DNA from: Cirrosporium novae-zelandiae
Taxonomy: Eukaryota
Assembly: GCA_026023565.1 (NCBI GenBank)
Contig: JAPETS010000036.1
Location: forward strand, 186,001-250,000
Reading direction: 5' to 3'
Length of the DNA stretch: 64,000 nt
Part shown: positions 11,701-24,899 of the stretch, in pieces
How positions within the stretch are numbered: the first letter of the stretch is position 1
Layout: the number at the start of each line of letters is the position of its first letter
The notes under the pieces: generated by a model
Seen by the model: the letters and a program-made list of their open reading frames with translations, nothing else
The model's database searches: none
Told to the model about the DNA's origin: nothing
Program-made: the position numbers and the translations under genes

Positions 11701-12682
11701 CTTCCACCGTGCCATGTCTGAAGGTGTCGAACCCTCATCATTCTTGTATAATGCTCTTATCGGAAAGCTTGGGAAAGCACGCCGTATCGATGACTGTCTC
11801 TTCTATTTCGCCGAAATGCGCTCATTGGGCATTCGTCCTACCAGTGTCACCTATGGTACCATCGTCAACGCTCTCTGCCGTGTGAGCGATGACAAGTTCG
11901 CCGAAGAGCTGTTTGAAGAGATGGAATCGATGCCAAATTACAAGCCACGACCTGCCCCGTACAATAGTTTGATGCAATTCTTCCTTACGACGAAGCGAGA
12001 CAGGGCCAAGGTCCTTACTTACTATGAGAGAATGAAGTCGAAGAACATCCAACCGACAATGCATACCTATAAGCTTCTTATCGACACATATGCCACATTA
12101 GAACCCATCGATATGGCTGCAGCTGAAAGTGTTCTAGCCACCATCAAGAGTACCGGACATCATCCTGAGGCAGTTCACTACGCATCACTTGTACATGCTA
12201 AAGGATGTGTCCTCCATGACATGGAAGGCGCCCGATCATTCTTCAATGCAGCTTTGGGTAATGGACGTATTAACATCCAACCATGCCTCTACCAGGCTTT
12301 GTTTGAGGCCATGGTCGCAAACCACCGCGTTACAGATACTCCACCACTACTTCAAGACATGTCTCGCAGAGGCATCAAGATGACACCCTACATCGCCAAT
12401 ACCTTGATCCATGGATGGGCCATGGTCAAGGACATTGTCAAGGCCCGGGCTATGTACGATATGGTTGGAAAGGAAAAGAGAGAACCAAGTACATATGAAG
12501 CCATGACCAGAGCATATTTGGCAGTCGAAGATCGTGAGACAGCCAGCCACGTTGTGCAAGAAATGCTTTCTAGAGGCTATCCTCCTGCTGTTGCAGGCAA
12601 GGTAGTGGAGTTGATCGGAGGTGGTAGCACGTATAGTGCCAGCCATGCCCCATCCGAATCAGAGGCTGCTTCGTCAGCTTAG
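8786..12682 (+). CDS. Large pentatricopeptide-repeat (PPR) protein, probably mitochondrial RNA metabolism or translation
   Basis: 1298-aa ORF with no intron needed; PPR motifs such as PTATAYNALL, PDLTTYSTLI, PSSFLYNALIGKLGK, PTSVTYGTIVNALCR, PTMHTYKLLI; basic, acid-free N-terminus resembles a presequence. Confidence 0.9.
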   Translation: MVFKPFTRIAHQGFKGITHGYAQTVVAASQQSHGAAANSFGSFGSNAITRFGKTGPTSHLQNAFQHASNQAGPGAKTGHSGTNTGGNDGGLAAYYAAWQQQQNNGDEQEWKQFQFAKRIGWTPGQKDAKGKEKDLDYHGRRIPVDRTYSASAADDLKKNVDAAAEAEALAKVDEAIAQEMEDANQNGVATGNDKAATGSSGREESMGSDDTAPTSVTMEDLSASEEYAQQLTRLSSTQRYSEIPAAFEAMLNAGVKPTATAYNALLEAAIHLPAAKHQVIPKALDVYADMLRRDVQPDLTTYSTLIQLLACRANDVTAMKTRLEQVRARFGGMHDPDQFMFRSNEAEYDLLAEDNALDVAIKLFRAATGTQLDQQFSPEVYRDLITACAAQARVDDMIHIYAHMELSKAIPYAAIFGPMIEAFAASGDLNSAVECYNEYKNLAIADDKGTFGIIDRRDNDVYAALVKAYVLCGKRDGAMRFFTKIYDSYDGVTTDRDVRLETMQDIVVIEALVQQSLDKRDYTEAMKWVQERPVSSGARTNALAQVCCTAADNNDGEIAMEAYKTLSSAKLDVAEPVIALLAYHIRQGNVSAAKEFWGVLTSSHDVTSAFVEPTAMYSVALMGSGFVEEGIMQARQMFARIRNSINAPKARLDVTEDIDEAIDFIGRFLVKSAIVPAPNAALTLLWMMVENGGLVSPLAEHALAGLGPEAMAQLSWKDLELALQVQSGMVINGSTVLDVAHSTRFSHLANAAITAGLPMDKRTLQMVEQILRTMGSQFPELAQKWEGFKRTVARSSYGSNFKPRSGFSSTPAAFEDTFDPYANTTDYKGSASIADELEKNIGRSDAHLSEALSRFRNMRRVGRHPRYITYAKLIGAAAKEGRMDLVHDILGMARQDMPLLPQYQVVKHGWISILDAMVGACLTLGDRPQAGRFHQELLDMGAAPTANTFGLYITTLKESTKTYDEATEAVKIFHRAMSEGVEPSSFLYNALIGKLGKARRIDDCLFYFAEMRSLGIRPTSVTYGTIVNALCRVSDDKFAEELFEEMESMPNYKPRPAPYNSLMQFFLTTKRDRAKVLTYYERMKSKNIQPTMHTYKLLIDTYATLEPIDMAAAESVLATIKSTGHHPEAVHYASLVHAKGCVLHDMEGARSFFNAALGNGRINIQPCLYQALFEAMVANHRVTDTPPLLQDMSRRGIKMTPYIANTLIHGWAMVKDIVKARAMYDMVGKEKREPSTYEAMTRAYLAVEDRETASHVVQEMLSRGYPPAVAGKVVELIGGGSTYSASHAPSESEAASSA

Positions 12683-13555
12683 AGAATGACGTGTTGATTT
12701 TCCCGGACCAGAGTCTGCCGATTCTTTTCGTTGTACATATTTACAGCATTGAAAGGTGTTTGGGATACTGGGGGAGTTTGGCGCACGATACCCGGACCTG
12801 ATCATGGAAGAGGCCCGTCGTCATTGTTTTTAGTCTACAGTCACGTTGAGCGCTTTCGACTTCACAGTCGCTACCTTTTCTGATATCCCTCAGTTTGAAT
12901 CAGATCTATGCTGGTTAAGGAGCAATGAGGAATGGTAATGCAGCGATTTCACGGGTTGAATATAAAACCTGGTTAGCCAGAGGCTCCGGGGGGCATGGGC
13001 AATCATGTTTGATTTTTAATGCATTTTTCAGCGCATGTATTTTATAGATTAGACCGACGATCTCCACTCTTGTCTAGATATGATTTATGATCTAGATAGC
13101 AAATAATTATTACAAAGATACAATCATCCACGTGCCCTCTAAACAAGCATTGATGGTGGCGATCTTTCCGCTTGTCCCGTCTTGGTGAGTACGCTTAAGC
13201 CACCCGACGCCGAATGGCTGGTATTGGCACTAATTTCATAGGATAACTTTAGACATAATTCTGCTTCCACCTTTCAGCCTTGGAGGATGAATATCCTGGG
13301 TCCCACACCAGTCATGATTGGTGAAGATTGTTCCTACACAATGATTTTCACGGTAGTCTGCACTTTGGCTGAACCATTTGGTTTCAACCAAGGCACACTC
13401 ACTCTACTTTACCATTCCCTCGGTCTAGGTCAGTATATAAGCTAGGGCCTTTTCTCTTTTCGCAGCCTTTCTGCTGCCCTTGATCATGCTATGCTCTGCT
13501 GTAGTTAGTCATTTTTCTCTCCCCTAGGTATTTTTTACCACCCTTGCTAGTTGTC

Positions 13556-15738
13556 ATGTCGTACTGGCCTGTCCGACGTGGGGAAGGGGAGGGTGAATTC
13601 CAACCGTACAGCCAGGAGGATACTAGCAGATCTGAACAAGACATTTCTTATACGTCTGTTGATCCCATGGTAACGGAGGATATGATCGGACAGAGAACAC
13701 TTGACAACAGCAGCCCCCCAAAATCAACTTTCAAAGACGACAACGCCTTGGTGGATGGATATGAACTTGGAAGCCAGGAAACTCCCAGGAAGTCGGATTC
13801 CATTACGACCTCGAAATGGACAATTGGATGGAAGATCCCATCGTTAATAATTGGATTCTACTTCCTAGGTGCGATAATACCATTTTCTGCCTTTTGATGA
13901 CTGCTGAAAAATTTACAGCCCTGGCAATTGGTATTGCTCATCTTGTACTTTTTCACTGGCTAGACGGCCAAAAGGTGACCCAAACCATTCCTCAGTCATA
14001 CGTTGCAGCGATTTCCACTGCAATGGTCACCGCCTTCCGGATCTTCCTCGTGACATCTCTAGTCATTTCGTTTACTCAGTTAGTCTGGCAGAGGCTGCGA
14101 GGTCGACCGATGAAGGTACTCACCATTGATTCATTATTCTCTATCACTTCAAATCCCTTCAACTTTGTTTATCCAGATGTTCTTGCTAGTGCACCTCTAC
14201 TCTGTCTTTGTGCGGCCGTGTGCTGGTGTGTGCCAGTAGCAATGATATACCCTCCTGGTGCTTTGACGGTGGAACCAAGATCTTTTCTACAAACAGTAAA
14301 CATGAGCGTACCAACATTTGATCCAACATTTCGAGGTAATGGCACACTCGCTGATCTAGAGAGGCATGCCCTTTACAAATTTGACGATTTTATGAATTAC
14401 GAGTAAGGGTCCCTAGACACTCTATACTTGATTATGCGCAGTACAGTTAACCATCCTACCAGAAACCCCAAAATCAAGTTATCTAGGCTAGGCATTCAAA
14501 CCATTGTCTCCGGCAACTATCAGACATCATCATCTCCCTGCGGCCAGAACTGTTCCTATACCCTCGAAGTGACTGGGCCTGGTTTCAAATGTGAGGACCG
14601 GATTTATTCCGACCTACAGTCCTTAGTCAACGATACAGTTTACGGCACATATAGCTACGATATCACTGATGGGGCTATATACCTGGCCGGTGAAAATTCA
14701 TCCGACTCTGTGAATTCCGACGATATGTTCTACCGCTTCGAGCTGCAGTGGAGAGATACCGGAGTCGGACAGGCTCAGAATTTAAGCTGTCTTCTTCACG
14801 AGGCCTCCTACAAGATGAATGTATCTTATCTGGACGGAGTACAAACGGTGGCTGTGAAGAGTCATATCGGAAAAGTGCTGGATAGCACAGATATCTATAA
14901 TGATTTTGCACTGCTGCCCAACACGACGAAGGAGTACGAATCCTATGAATTTATGGTCACAAATTCGACCATCGGCGAGAGCGGAACCAATATTGCGGAT
15001 CTTTTCAAAAGATGTAACATCCTCGCCGTGAAAGACACGCTTGTAGACGGATTATCAGGTTTAGTAGGACAAAACGGTACGTTTCAAACAAACCACCCCA
15101 ACCCATCTCACCCAGGCAGATTCCTTACTTATTCCCCTCCCTTATAAAAAATAGTAATGCACAGCCAACCCGTCTACAAAACCCTAATCCAAGAATCCTC
15201 TCTCGCAACCGCCCCCCTCCTCTCCCAATCCGACCCGACCTTCAACATCTCCGCCAAAACTCTCCAATCCCTCCTCCTCAACATCACAATCTCGATGCTC
15301 ACCCTCAACCAAACCCACACCCCCGCCGCCGTGCAAACCACCACCTTCGATAACGTCTTCGCCTTCACCCACCCCCTAAACCTCATCCTCCCTTACTTCC
15401 TCTGCCTGGCCGCAGCCCTAATCTTCGTCATCGCGGGTGGCATCGCACTACTCCGAAACGGGGTCCCCGCGAGCTCGAATAGCTTTCTGCAGCTGCTGTG
15501 CACGACGCGCGGGAGCGAGAGGTTGGATAAAGCGGCTGCGGGTGGGTGTTTGGGAGGCCCGGATAATGTGCCGGAGGAATTGGGGAAGTTGAGGGTGAGG
15601 TTTGGGGAGTTGGTGCAGAGGGATGGGGATGGGATGGTGCAGAGGGATAGCGAGGGGATGGTGGTTAGGAGAGCGGGGTTTGGGACTGTAGATGAGGTGG
15701 CGCCGTTGAAGAGGTCGAGGACTTATGGGTTGGGCTAG
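13556..15738 (+). CDS. Fungal-specific membrane protein of unknown function (family often annotated formylmethionine deformylase-like)
   Basis: Four exons joined in frame (introns 13869-13918, 14403-14462, 15077-15154); N-terminal TM segments, PPGALTV, CGQNCSY..GPGFKC, C-terminal TM, SFLQLLCTT, LRVRFGEL. Confidence 0.75.
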
Positions 15739-16425
15739 TAAGCATGCATATAGATGTATATTTGTAGATAGAAGGAGGAAGTGAGGTAGGGACGTACGTA
15801 CGTAGGGTTCCGTGCGTGTACGTATGCGTGTATGCATAATATAATGGTTTTATTTTATGGTATGTACATGTATAAAGTGATTAAATATCCATTATCATAT
15901 TGCTATCCACTATCCACCATCCACCATCCACCCATCACCAATCATCTCATCCGCCAAGAGCGAAAGATAAAAAACAATCGACCAACCTGGTGGATATAAA
16001 TATAAATATAAAGCAGACATAAAGTTAGACACAGAAGTTTTGGTATAAGAAATAAAATATGAGAATTAAATCATACACTTGCACTTTAAGGCTGTCATCC
16101 CTCCTCCCATCCTCCCTGCATATAGATGTATAGATAATAAATATATATCTGTAGATAGATGGAAGGAAAGGGGGGAAGCGGGGTTTTGGGTATGTATTGT
16201 ATAATATAATGAGTTTTATTTTATGGTATGGTATGGTATGTACATGTACAAAACGATCAACATGAAGTTTAAATATAAGCAATATGAGAATTATACAACC
16301 TTGAAAATCTCACCCCCAACCCCCTCAAAAATTCTACAGGATATCTTCTTTCTCTCTCCATTCTTTTCTTCCTTCCGTTCTTCCTAACAAGAAAATCTTC
16401 AGACCCTCCCAACTTTCCAAAAACC

Positions 16426-17691
16426 CTAAAACCCCATCCTCCCCAAAAACCCATGCGCAGCTTCAAAGCTCACATTAGCCGAATAATGAAAATTCAAACA
16501 ATGGCCCGTATTCGGCACATCCAGATACTCAAACGGTCTCGCATTGGGATACAACTCCGCCGTCTTCCCCAAATACCCCTGACTCCCATTCCCGCAATTC
16601 GTGGTCCCCAGCGCCGGCAGCGAAAGGCCACAGAAGATTTGATCCTCGTGACCTGTGAGGACGAAGACGGGGTTTGTGTAGTTTTTGGCGACGTCGGTGA
16701 TGAAGAGGCCGCTGACGGCTTCTCCGAGGGTTACGGTCCCCTGCCGTGCCCAGTCGTAGGAGGCGATTTTTTGGTCCCAGTCGGAGGTGGAGGGGGACAT
16801 GAAGAGGGAGATTCGTCCGCTGAGGGAGCTGGTGGCTAGGTATCCGAGGGGCAGGGAGCCGAAAGTCGAGGTGTCGACGAGGGCCGCGGGGATTACACCG
16901 CCTGTGAGGACGACGCCCGGGATTGAGGGTTTCAGCGCGCTGGTGTACCCCGTTAGGACCAAGGCGTCGGCGTCGGCCGGGTAGCGCGAGGAGAGGGTGT
17001 TGCCCATTACGGAGCCGTAGGAGTGCCCGACATAGATGATTTTGGAGAAGCTTTGGTTGTTTAGCTCTGAGATGGTGCCGGAGCGTAGCGCGCGGATGAT
17101 TTGGTGATGCGCTTCTACCTGTGCGGGCACCTGGACTACGAAGGTCGGGTCTGGGTGCGAGGAGTTCCCGCAGCCGAGGCGGTCGATCGAGAGGGTTGGG
17201 TAGCCGTTGCGTGAGGCGTGGTCGATCCAGGAGTAGGTGGTTCCCGAGTAGCCGGGGAAGCTGTCGCCGGACCAGTAGTTTTTCGTGTAGGTGATGCCGT
17301 GCACGAGGAGCTGGATCGTGGAGGTGCGGTTGGCGATGATGGTTTCTGGGGCGCAGTAGCGGGCGGAGATGTTGTAGGTGCCGCTGACGAGGGCGTTTTG
17401 GAGGTCATCACCTAAATTGTTGAGGAGGTTTGAGAGGGTTGTCGAGGTTAGGGTCGTGGTTAGGGCGGAGGTTAAGGTCGTGGGGACTTTTTTGTTCGAG
17501 GCGTTGATGGTTACGGGGATCATGAAGTCTGTGCATGTGGGGCCGTTACTGGTGGTGGTGTTGGTGGTGGTGCGTTTGGATATGTAGGGGGGGTGTTGAT
17601 GGTTATGGTGGTGGTCGGCGGTGGCTCGGTTGCTGAAGCCGGTGAGGAGGAGGAGGAATGAGTAGATGAGGAAGGAGAGTGGCGGAGGCAT
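16426..17691 (-). CDS. Secreted alpha/beta-hydrolase (lipase/esterase-like)
   Basis: Signal peptide from ATG 17691 (MPPPLSFLIYSFLLLLTG); LLVHG oxyanion motif, DRLGCG, GHSYG nucleophile, GHED acid, TGHCLN His. Confidence 0.88.
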   Translation of the reverse strand: MPPPLSFLIYSFLLLLTGFSNRATADHHHNHQHPPYISKRTTTNTTTSNGPTCTDFMIPVTINASNKKVPTTLTSALTTTLTSTTLSNLLNNLGDDLQNALVSGTYNISARYCAPETIIANRTSTIQLLVHGITYTKNYWSGDSFPGYSGTTYSWIDHASRNGYPTLSIDRLGCGNSSHPDPTFVVQVPAQVEAHHQIIRALRSGTISELNNQSFSKIIYVGHSYGSVMGNTLSSRYPADADALVLTGYTSALKPSIPGVVLTGGVIPAALVDTSTFGSLPLGYLATSSLSGRISLFMSPSTSDWDQKIASYDWARQGTVTLGEAVSGLFITDVAKNYTNPVFVLTGHEDQIFCGLSLPALGTTNCGNGSQGYLGKTAELYPNARPFEYLDVPNTGHCLNFHYSANVSFEAAHGFLGRMGF

Positions 17692-19734
17692 GACTGTGGT
17701 GGTTGGTGGTGGTGGGATGGAGTAACTCGGTTTAGAAACCCAATGTGTGGGTGTGGGTGTGGATGGCGATATCAAGTAATCAACGAAGAACTCGAATTTT
17801 CCCCACAGCAATACTCCAACGCAATGATGACAATACAAGTCTTTTGTATCTATATATATAGATATATATAAACGATCAATGATCAAACGCGATCGATCTT
17901 CCTCCAGAAAAAACAGCCACTTTAAACCGAATCAATCAAAACGCGAAAGATGGAAGGCGGTGTAAACGTGGATAGATGAACAGATGGAGAGAGATTAGAT
18001 TCTTTTGAGATCCACAATCCTGTTATGTTAATTATTATTTGCTTTATATCATCTGTTCTTTATTTTGTTCTCTCTTTCTCGTATATATATATATTTTTCT
18101 CCGTCTTCTTCCTTCCCGTAAACGTAAATTATCAAGGAGAGTAGAGTAGAGTAGATCTGTTTAAAAAAAAATAAATAGAGAAAACGAAATCGCGCACACG
18201 TCTTTTTTCCCTCAACTAGCCAATTAGTTTGGGATCAAAACATCCCACATCCACGTGCGGTGGTTGAACAGAGATCTTATTCTGCCGATCAATTCCCCCT
18301 TCTTTCCTTCTACCTATGAAAGGATTTCCATGGAGTAAAGTGGTAAAGTGGGTAACGTGATGCGAACCGGACTAGCTTCAACTTAACTATTCCCTAATTA
18401 ACAAAAATCCTTTTTGGCTTTCTTTGTCTGTAAACAACCCCCACCAAAGGAGAGGGGGAAAAGAAAAAGTGATAAGCATATATTTTAACCATGTAAAGGA
18501 AGGTATGGCAGTGATAGCACAATGGGACGCTATTATAAAATTATACGAAAAAGGGGTTTTTGAACGCTTGAAGGTATTTCCACCGCTTTTCGGGTGAGAT
18601 GTTCCGGGTGGAAATGCTGCCGTCGGATGCCATAAATACTAGGTCGGGTTCGATTCCCAAGAGCGTTAGTGATTGATCGCACTGGTGTCAGTGTTTTTCT
18701 ACTGCAATCTGTAAGTCTGTAACTGACACTACTGGGGCCCGTGGAGGGAGGCTTTGACACGAGAAGCTGATTAGGAGCCGTTAGCGCCGATATTTCCGAC
18801 AGGACTGGATCGGTAGCACGCGGAGTTTACTAATTAGCTTTCGGTAGTTTTGCTGTTGGTTGGTTGGTCGGTTCGCAATTAGATATGTCTATCAGTTATC
18901 ATTTGGTCAATGAGTAGAAGTTAAAACGCTTAGATCTACCGTGCCTTGCGTACGCCATTAGGTTTTTATGTTTTTCTTGACAGATGTACGCCCGCCAAGT
19001 CGAAATGTCCCGAACATCAATTTTTTTACTTTGGCCGGTTCGGGAGCCCATGATACCCGGTGTTGTTGTGAAATTTTGTATTCGGTATTATACTTCATCC
19101 ATTTCCTTCCTGATTTCTTAGGACGACTTTGGGTGTTTGGTCGATCATTGTGAAAAATGAAACTGTTACCTCGGTACGTTTGTATATTGCAACGCCAAAG
19201 TGATTGACATGTTATAGGGGTTTGTTATTCGAATGATTCAATATAGTATGCAAGCGTTTTGTTATACATTAGTCATTTTGAGGGGGAGTTCACTTGCCTG
19301 TATTTATCATTAGATACTTAGATAAATACTATGAGTACCAAGAAATCACCAACAGCTTGCTATCCGATAAAAGAGACATGACGATAACTTCTACTCATGA
19401 ATCGTACTATACAATCCCATTCTAGACATCGATGTTTATCCAAGTCTCATTCCCGAAAATGCAATTGTGGTAAATCAATCAATCGCATTGTGCAAAAATT
19501 TATAAAAGCAAAGATAAAAGAGTAGTTAATGAATACTAAATGCCAATCTTCAAGAAAGGCTAGGCGCAGAAGCACAACGGAAAAAAATAAAGAATGTATA
19601 ATTTGGTTGCAAGCTCATTAAAACGATGGGTATCTCTTTGCGTGTCATTTAGTCACTGCTGCCGTTAATCGGATGTCATCTGTCAAATCAGCATCAACAC
19701 CCCAGGACCAATCGACTTTCACTCTTCGACATCA

Positions 19735-21172
19735 TCAAAGTTTTACATCATTTCTTACAATCGAAACCTCGTCGGTTATATGGATTTGAGCCTGTTTCCT
19801 GGGAAGCCCGTCTTTCCCTAGTCCTGTCTGCTGTTGGCTTTCCAACAGATCCTCATTGGATCCATTCATCTTGAACCTGAGGTCGGTTGGATGTGCAGAA
19901 ACGGAGACACTGATTTCAGATATTGCCATTTCGTAGTCATTGCGCTGTGTCGATAACATCTGACTTCTCATGGTCGAGAGCTTAATTCTACTTCCTCGTG
20001 GTTTTCCCTTGTTGTTTGTCGATAGACTCTTGCTTGCGGAGCCAGATTGGTAGACACCAAGGTGTGAGAACCAGGAACCGAAGAGGGGCTTCAGCGCTGG
20101 TACCGAAAGTGCGATTGCGGTGCCGGCAATCTCGGCGTTCTCAATTCCCAGCATAGCGTTGTAGGCCCAACTACCGTCTGTGGCCCATTGGCCAACAACG
20201 ACCAGATGGATTCTGACGCAGCTAATAATAATAACTCTGTTGTCAATTGTTAGTTAGTAAACCTAAAAACAGGAATGAATAATCTAAAGCAATCATGGGA
20301 AGGAATACTCACAGAATACCAGGAAACAAGACAAATGACAGTTGAATCTTATGCCTTTGATCTACACGAAGCCTTGTGATAAGATAAGCTGGAATGATGA
20401 ACATGACCAGATCACAGATAAGAGACAAGGCCGAGTTAACACTATACACAAGACCCCAGCTGAGGCATGTATAGTTGTCGGCACCAGACTGCCATGAATA
20501 AGGCCACAAGCCTGTGACAGGGCTGCAGTGGAATATCAAGAGGAAGATTTGGGGCAAAAATGCGGCAATCAGAAAACCAAAAGTGAGTTTGATGATCAAC
20601 TGAAATTTCTCATGGCGACGGGTCAGTCTCCGGTAAAAAGCAAGACCAGATAGCCGGCAGACGAAGAGAGCGGTTGTATACAAGATGTGAGCGGCAAAGT
20701 CAAAGACCTCCGTCCTCTTTACGTCGGCAAGAGATAGCACATATTGAATATATTCAATATGTCTGCCGCTCCCTAGATGAATTAAGACAATGCAGAGCGC
20801 AATGAAGGAAACGTATATAGTCTATGCGTGTCTGGTTAGTTTGGACAGTAAAAGGTTTCTGGATGAATTCTTGTTTGGAGGATTGCACCCCTAGAGTCCT
20901 CTCTTCTCATCTCTTTAAATACTAAAGATGATAGGGAATATAAAGCATACCATGGTAAACACGGCCAGTGCGTCATCGAAGCCGAACTTCTTGATAAGCA
21001 AAAGACGGGCATAGCAGCGAAGAATAACTATCAAGAGCGTCAAGGCGCCAATAAAATAGATGGCGATAATGGCTGGCTTATCATTGGATTGGGCGAGGTA
21101 GGAAAGACTGACACTGTCTGGGATTCTACCGGCTACCTCAGCAGCAGCGATATCCGCAGGCACCTTGGCCAT
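19735..21172 (-). CDS. PTH11-like integral membrane protein (fungal rhodopsin-domain GPCR-like, no CFEM seen)
   Basis: LRCYAR...FGFDD, multiple TM helices, FHCSPV..LW..C, DLVMFIIP, ENAEIAGTAIALSVPALKPL; three exons (introns ~20823-20950 and ~20237-20312). Confidence 0.85.
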
Positions 21173-22331
21173 CCTTGGATCCTTGGAGGACAAAGGAAAG
21201 CAAAAACGGGGAGAAAAAGGAAGCAAACGAATGGAGATGGTAAAAAATGGAACAGCTGGTAGGGGTAATGATCGGCTTAATAGTGATCAATGGTTAACGG
21301 GTGTCCCCCTCCCATACCCTACCACGGTATATCCCTCGATATGGGGGTCAAAGGGTTCATGCCATGTGCAATTAGGGCGAAGCCACATTTTGCCTTCTTC
21401 CAGAATCTGTCATGGTGAGATATGGTGGGATAGGGTCAGAATAGTTTAGCTGATCCTGTCCTAAGTTCCCAACCATTATAGGGGCAATCGCCGATACAAG
21501 TAAATGTTAGCAAAGTAAGAACTACAGAATAAAACCCACCGAACAAGTTAGAACTTGTGAAACTAATTAGCTCTAGCCACTATTTCTAAGAGATTGATGT
21601 ATTGTGCTATTGGTGTGGCTTGTATTCTGACAGGTTGAAGTAGGGGCCGTTTCGTTTGATCGTTGCATCTCTCGATGCGTTGAACCTAATGAGGAACTCC
21701 TTAGTAGTTCTTAGAAAAAGAAAAGATGAAAAAGAAAAGTATATTTACATTGTACTTTGCTTGGACGAGGTATGTTACTATACTAGATGTGTCATCGAAA
21801 CCGAGGACGGATAGACTATGGGCCTACTCAGATGGAGGCCCCGCTAAACACGTGGAATTGATCTTGTATGTAGATCGAGATCTATTGAGTATAGCTTTCG
21901 GTATTTGCTCGTTCCTTAGAGAAGACACAAAAAGCACGGAGTTTAGAAGACAAGCATTTGTATAATATCTGCGTTATACGCAGTAAGGAAGGTAGAAAAT
22001 ATCAAAGAGATTACTTTGATCCAAAATCGGACCACAATCGTGACCCGAGTGAACGGACCCACTACCGACTATCGGTAAAATAACTTTAACGGTAAATACG
22101 CGTACCCGAAAGGTAATCAATCATACCATACACCATACACCATACACGTAATTATAATTCCGAATCATGCAGGTCCCGAAAATGTGCCTGCAGTAATCAC
22201 CAACCTTATGAATTCTGACCGACTTCAAGATATTTAAATGTAGTCCATCATGCTACTTTGAGATGGTTGGAATGTCGATCTATCTCATCTATCCATCCAT
22301 CTGTCAATCCTAATATCTGAGGTGTCCAATC

Positions 22332-24194
22332 ATGTCTCCAACTGCTATAGCTGCTGCCGTGACAGTCCTTGGACTGGTTAATCTATCAGTGGCCACCACC
22401 AATGATAGTTTAATCACCTCACAAATACTTAGCGACCCCTTTCCTTACTATTTCCCGCAGGAGAGCAATAATGCCTCTTCCCTGTTTCCCATGTCGCTTT
22501 GTCATGGCTTCAAACTGGAAGAGGCCACCATCGATGAGATCCAGGATCAATTGGATGCAGGAAATCTGACCAGCGTTGACCTTCTTCACTGTTATTATGA
22601 CCGAATTTACCAGGTCGATAGCTATACAAAGTGAGTTGATCAAACCCTACAACTATTTTCTACTAACATGTCCTTCCAGCGCTATCCTGCAATTCAACCC
22701 TGATGCTTTCAAGATTGCCGAGGCTCTTGACGATGAGCGTGCGCAAGGGACCGTTCGTGGTCCCCTTCATGGCATTCCTTTTATCGTCAAGGATAACATT
22801 GCCACCAAGGATCGCATGGAAACCACCGCAGGTAGCTGGGCCCTTTTGGGTTCTGTTGTTCCCCGTGACTCTTATGTTGTCAGCAAACTGAGGGAAGCTG
22901 GCGCCCTACTTATGGGCAAAGCTGCTCTGAGTGAGTGGGCAGACATGCGCAGTAATAACTACTCTGAAGGTTATTCTGGCCGTGGTGGGCAATGTCGCAG
23001 TGCCTACAACTTGACAGTAAACCCTGGTGGGAGTAGCTCCGGTTCTGCTGTTGCAGTTGCTGCAAATATGATCACTTTTGCCCTTGGAACTGAAACCGAT
23101 GGTAGTGGTAAGGCTAATTTGCTATGAGTTTTGACATTTTCGTTCCGCTAATTATTGTAGTGATCAACCCTGCTGAGAGAAACGCCCTGGTTGGTATCAA
23201 ACCAACCGTTGGATTGACATCCCGTAACGGGGTCATCCCCGAATCAACTCACCAAGACACAGTTGGAACCTTTGGTCGTACTGTTCGTGATGCTACTTAT
23301 GCGCTCGATGCCATCTACGGTATCGACGCTCGTGACAACTACACCTATGCTCAGTCTGGGAAGACTCCCACGGGAGGTTATGCACAGTATCTAACCACCA
23401 AATCCGCACTCAAAGGTGCTGTTTTTGGACTTCCATGGGAATCATTCTGGATTTATGCCGATAGTGCCCAGCTCGCCCAACTCAAGGAATTGATTGTTTT
23501 GATCGAGAGCGCTGGAGCTACCGTTATCAATGGAACTGAATTACCCAACTACAAAACCATTGTCTCCCCAGATGGATGGAACTGGGATTATGGAACCACC
23601 CGTGGATATGCGAATGAATCCGAGTACACATACGTCAAGGTTGACTTTTACAACAACATCAAGACCTACCTTTCTGAACTCGAGAACACCAACATCCGTT
23701 CGCTCGAGGACCTCGTTCAGTACAACATCGACAACTATGGAAGCGAAGGTGGCTACCCTGACATCCATCCTGCATTTGGATCCGGTCAGGATGGCTTCCT
23801 AGCTTCTCTAGAAACCAAGGGCGTTATGAATGAAACCTACTGGCAAGCCCTTTCTTTCTGTCAGAAGTCCACCCGCGAAGACGGCATCGATGCCGCCCTA
23901 AAATACAGCAACTCCACATTGGACGGCCTCCTCGTTCCTCCAGACGTTGGTCAGAGCTACGAGATTGCTGCCCAGGCCGGTTACCCCGTCATCACCATCC
24001 CTGCGGGCGTCAACGCAGAGTCAGGAATGCCATTCGGATTAGCCATCATGAACACCGCTTTCTCCGAGGCCACGCTAATCAAGTACGCCAGTGCCATTGA
24101 GGATTTGCAGATATCTACTGGTAGCAAGTACCAGAGGACGTATCCTGCGTGGCGGGGTTACCTAGAACGAAACCTCCCCGTCATCAACGCATAA
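22332..24194 (+). CDS. Secreted amidase-signature family amidase
   Basis: Signal peptide; GPLHGIPFIVKDNI (Lys), PGGSSSGS, GTETDGS (Ser-cisSer); introns 22631-22679 and 23108-23160. Confidence 0.93.
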
Positions 24195-24899
24195 ATGTCG
24201 ATTCTCTCCTTGGAGTCAGGCTAGGCAAAAAAAAAATCATATACGATATTGTGTCTAAAATAATATAGAACGAATAGCTGTACATACATATACATAATTA
24301 ATATAAATAGCGGATTCTAATTTCTCCTATCTCTTATTTCATTTTGAAAACTTTCCCAGGAAGTAATCACACTAGTTATAACCTTGGAGAAGAATGGTCT
24401 TTTCAAGCTTCATTTTTAACAACCGCGGCATATATCGTCGAGAGCCCTTTTATTCATTAAGCAAGTTTTAATTCCAACCTTTTGTTCTTTCTTTTTTAAA
24501 ACGAATAACAGGAAATATGCTCAGGGGATCGTAAATCGAGTTTGCCGGCTTGCATAGTAACCAGGCAAGGTTTATTTATTCACAAAAACCCCACACCATG
24601 TCCTCTTCGACAGCAATATCTCAAGTCATAGTCAGTTATCCCCCAGGATATTTCATCAAAAAATAAAAAAATACGCCTCTTTCTCCATGACCCAGACTTT
24701 TTGCGTCTCATCAAATTTCCGCGAGGTTCTTTTTTACTAGCCTCAAGCTTAGTTAGCACTTTAAGCTTCCTCGCCTGGAAGTCACCAAGATTTTCTTGAA
24801 GGTGCTGGCTGAGTTGTGAGTAAAAGTAAGGATCTCTGTTATAGCGTAGCTAGGTTAGCTTATATATATATCCTAATACCGAGTAACCTATCCGCTCAA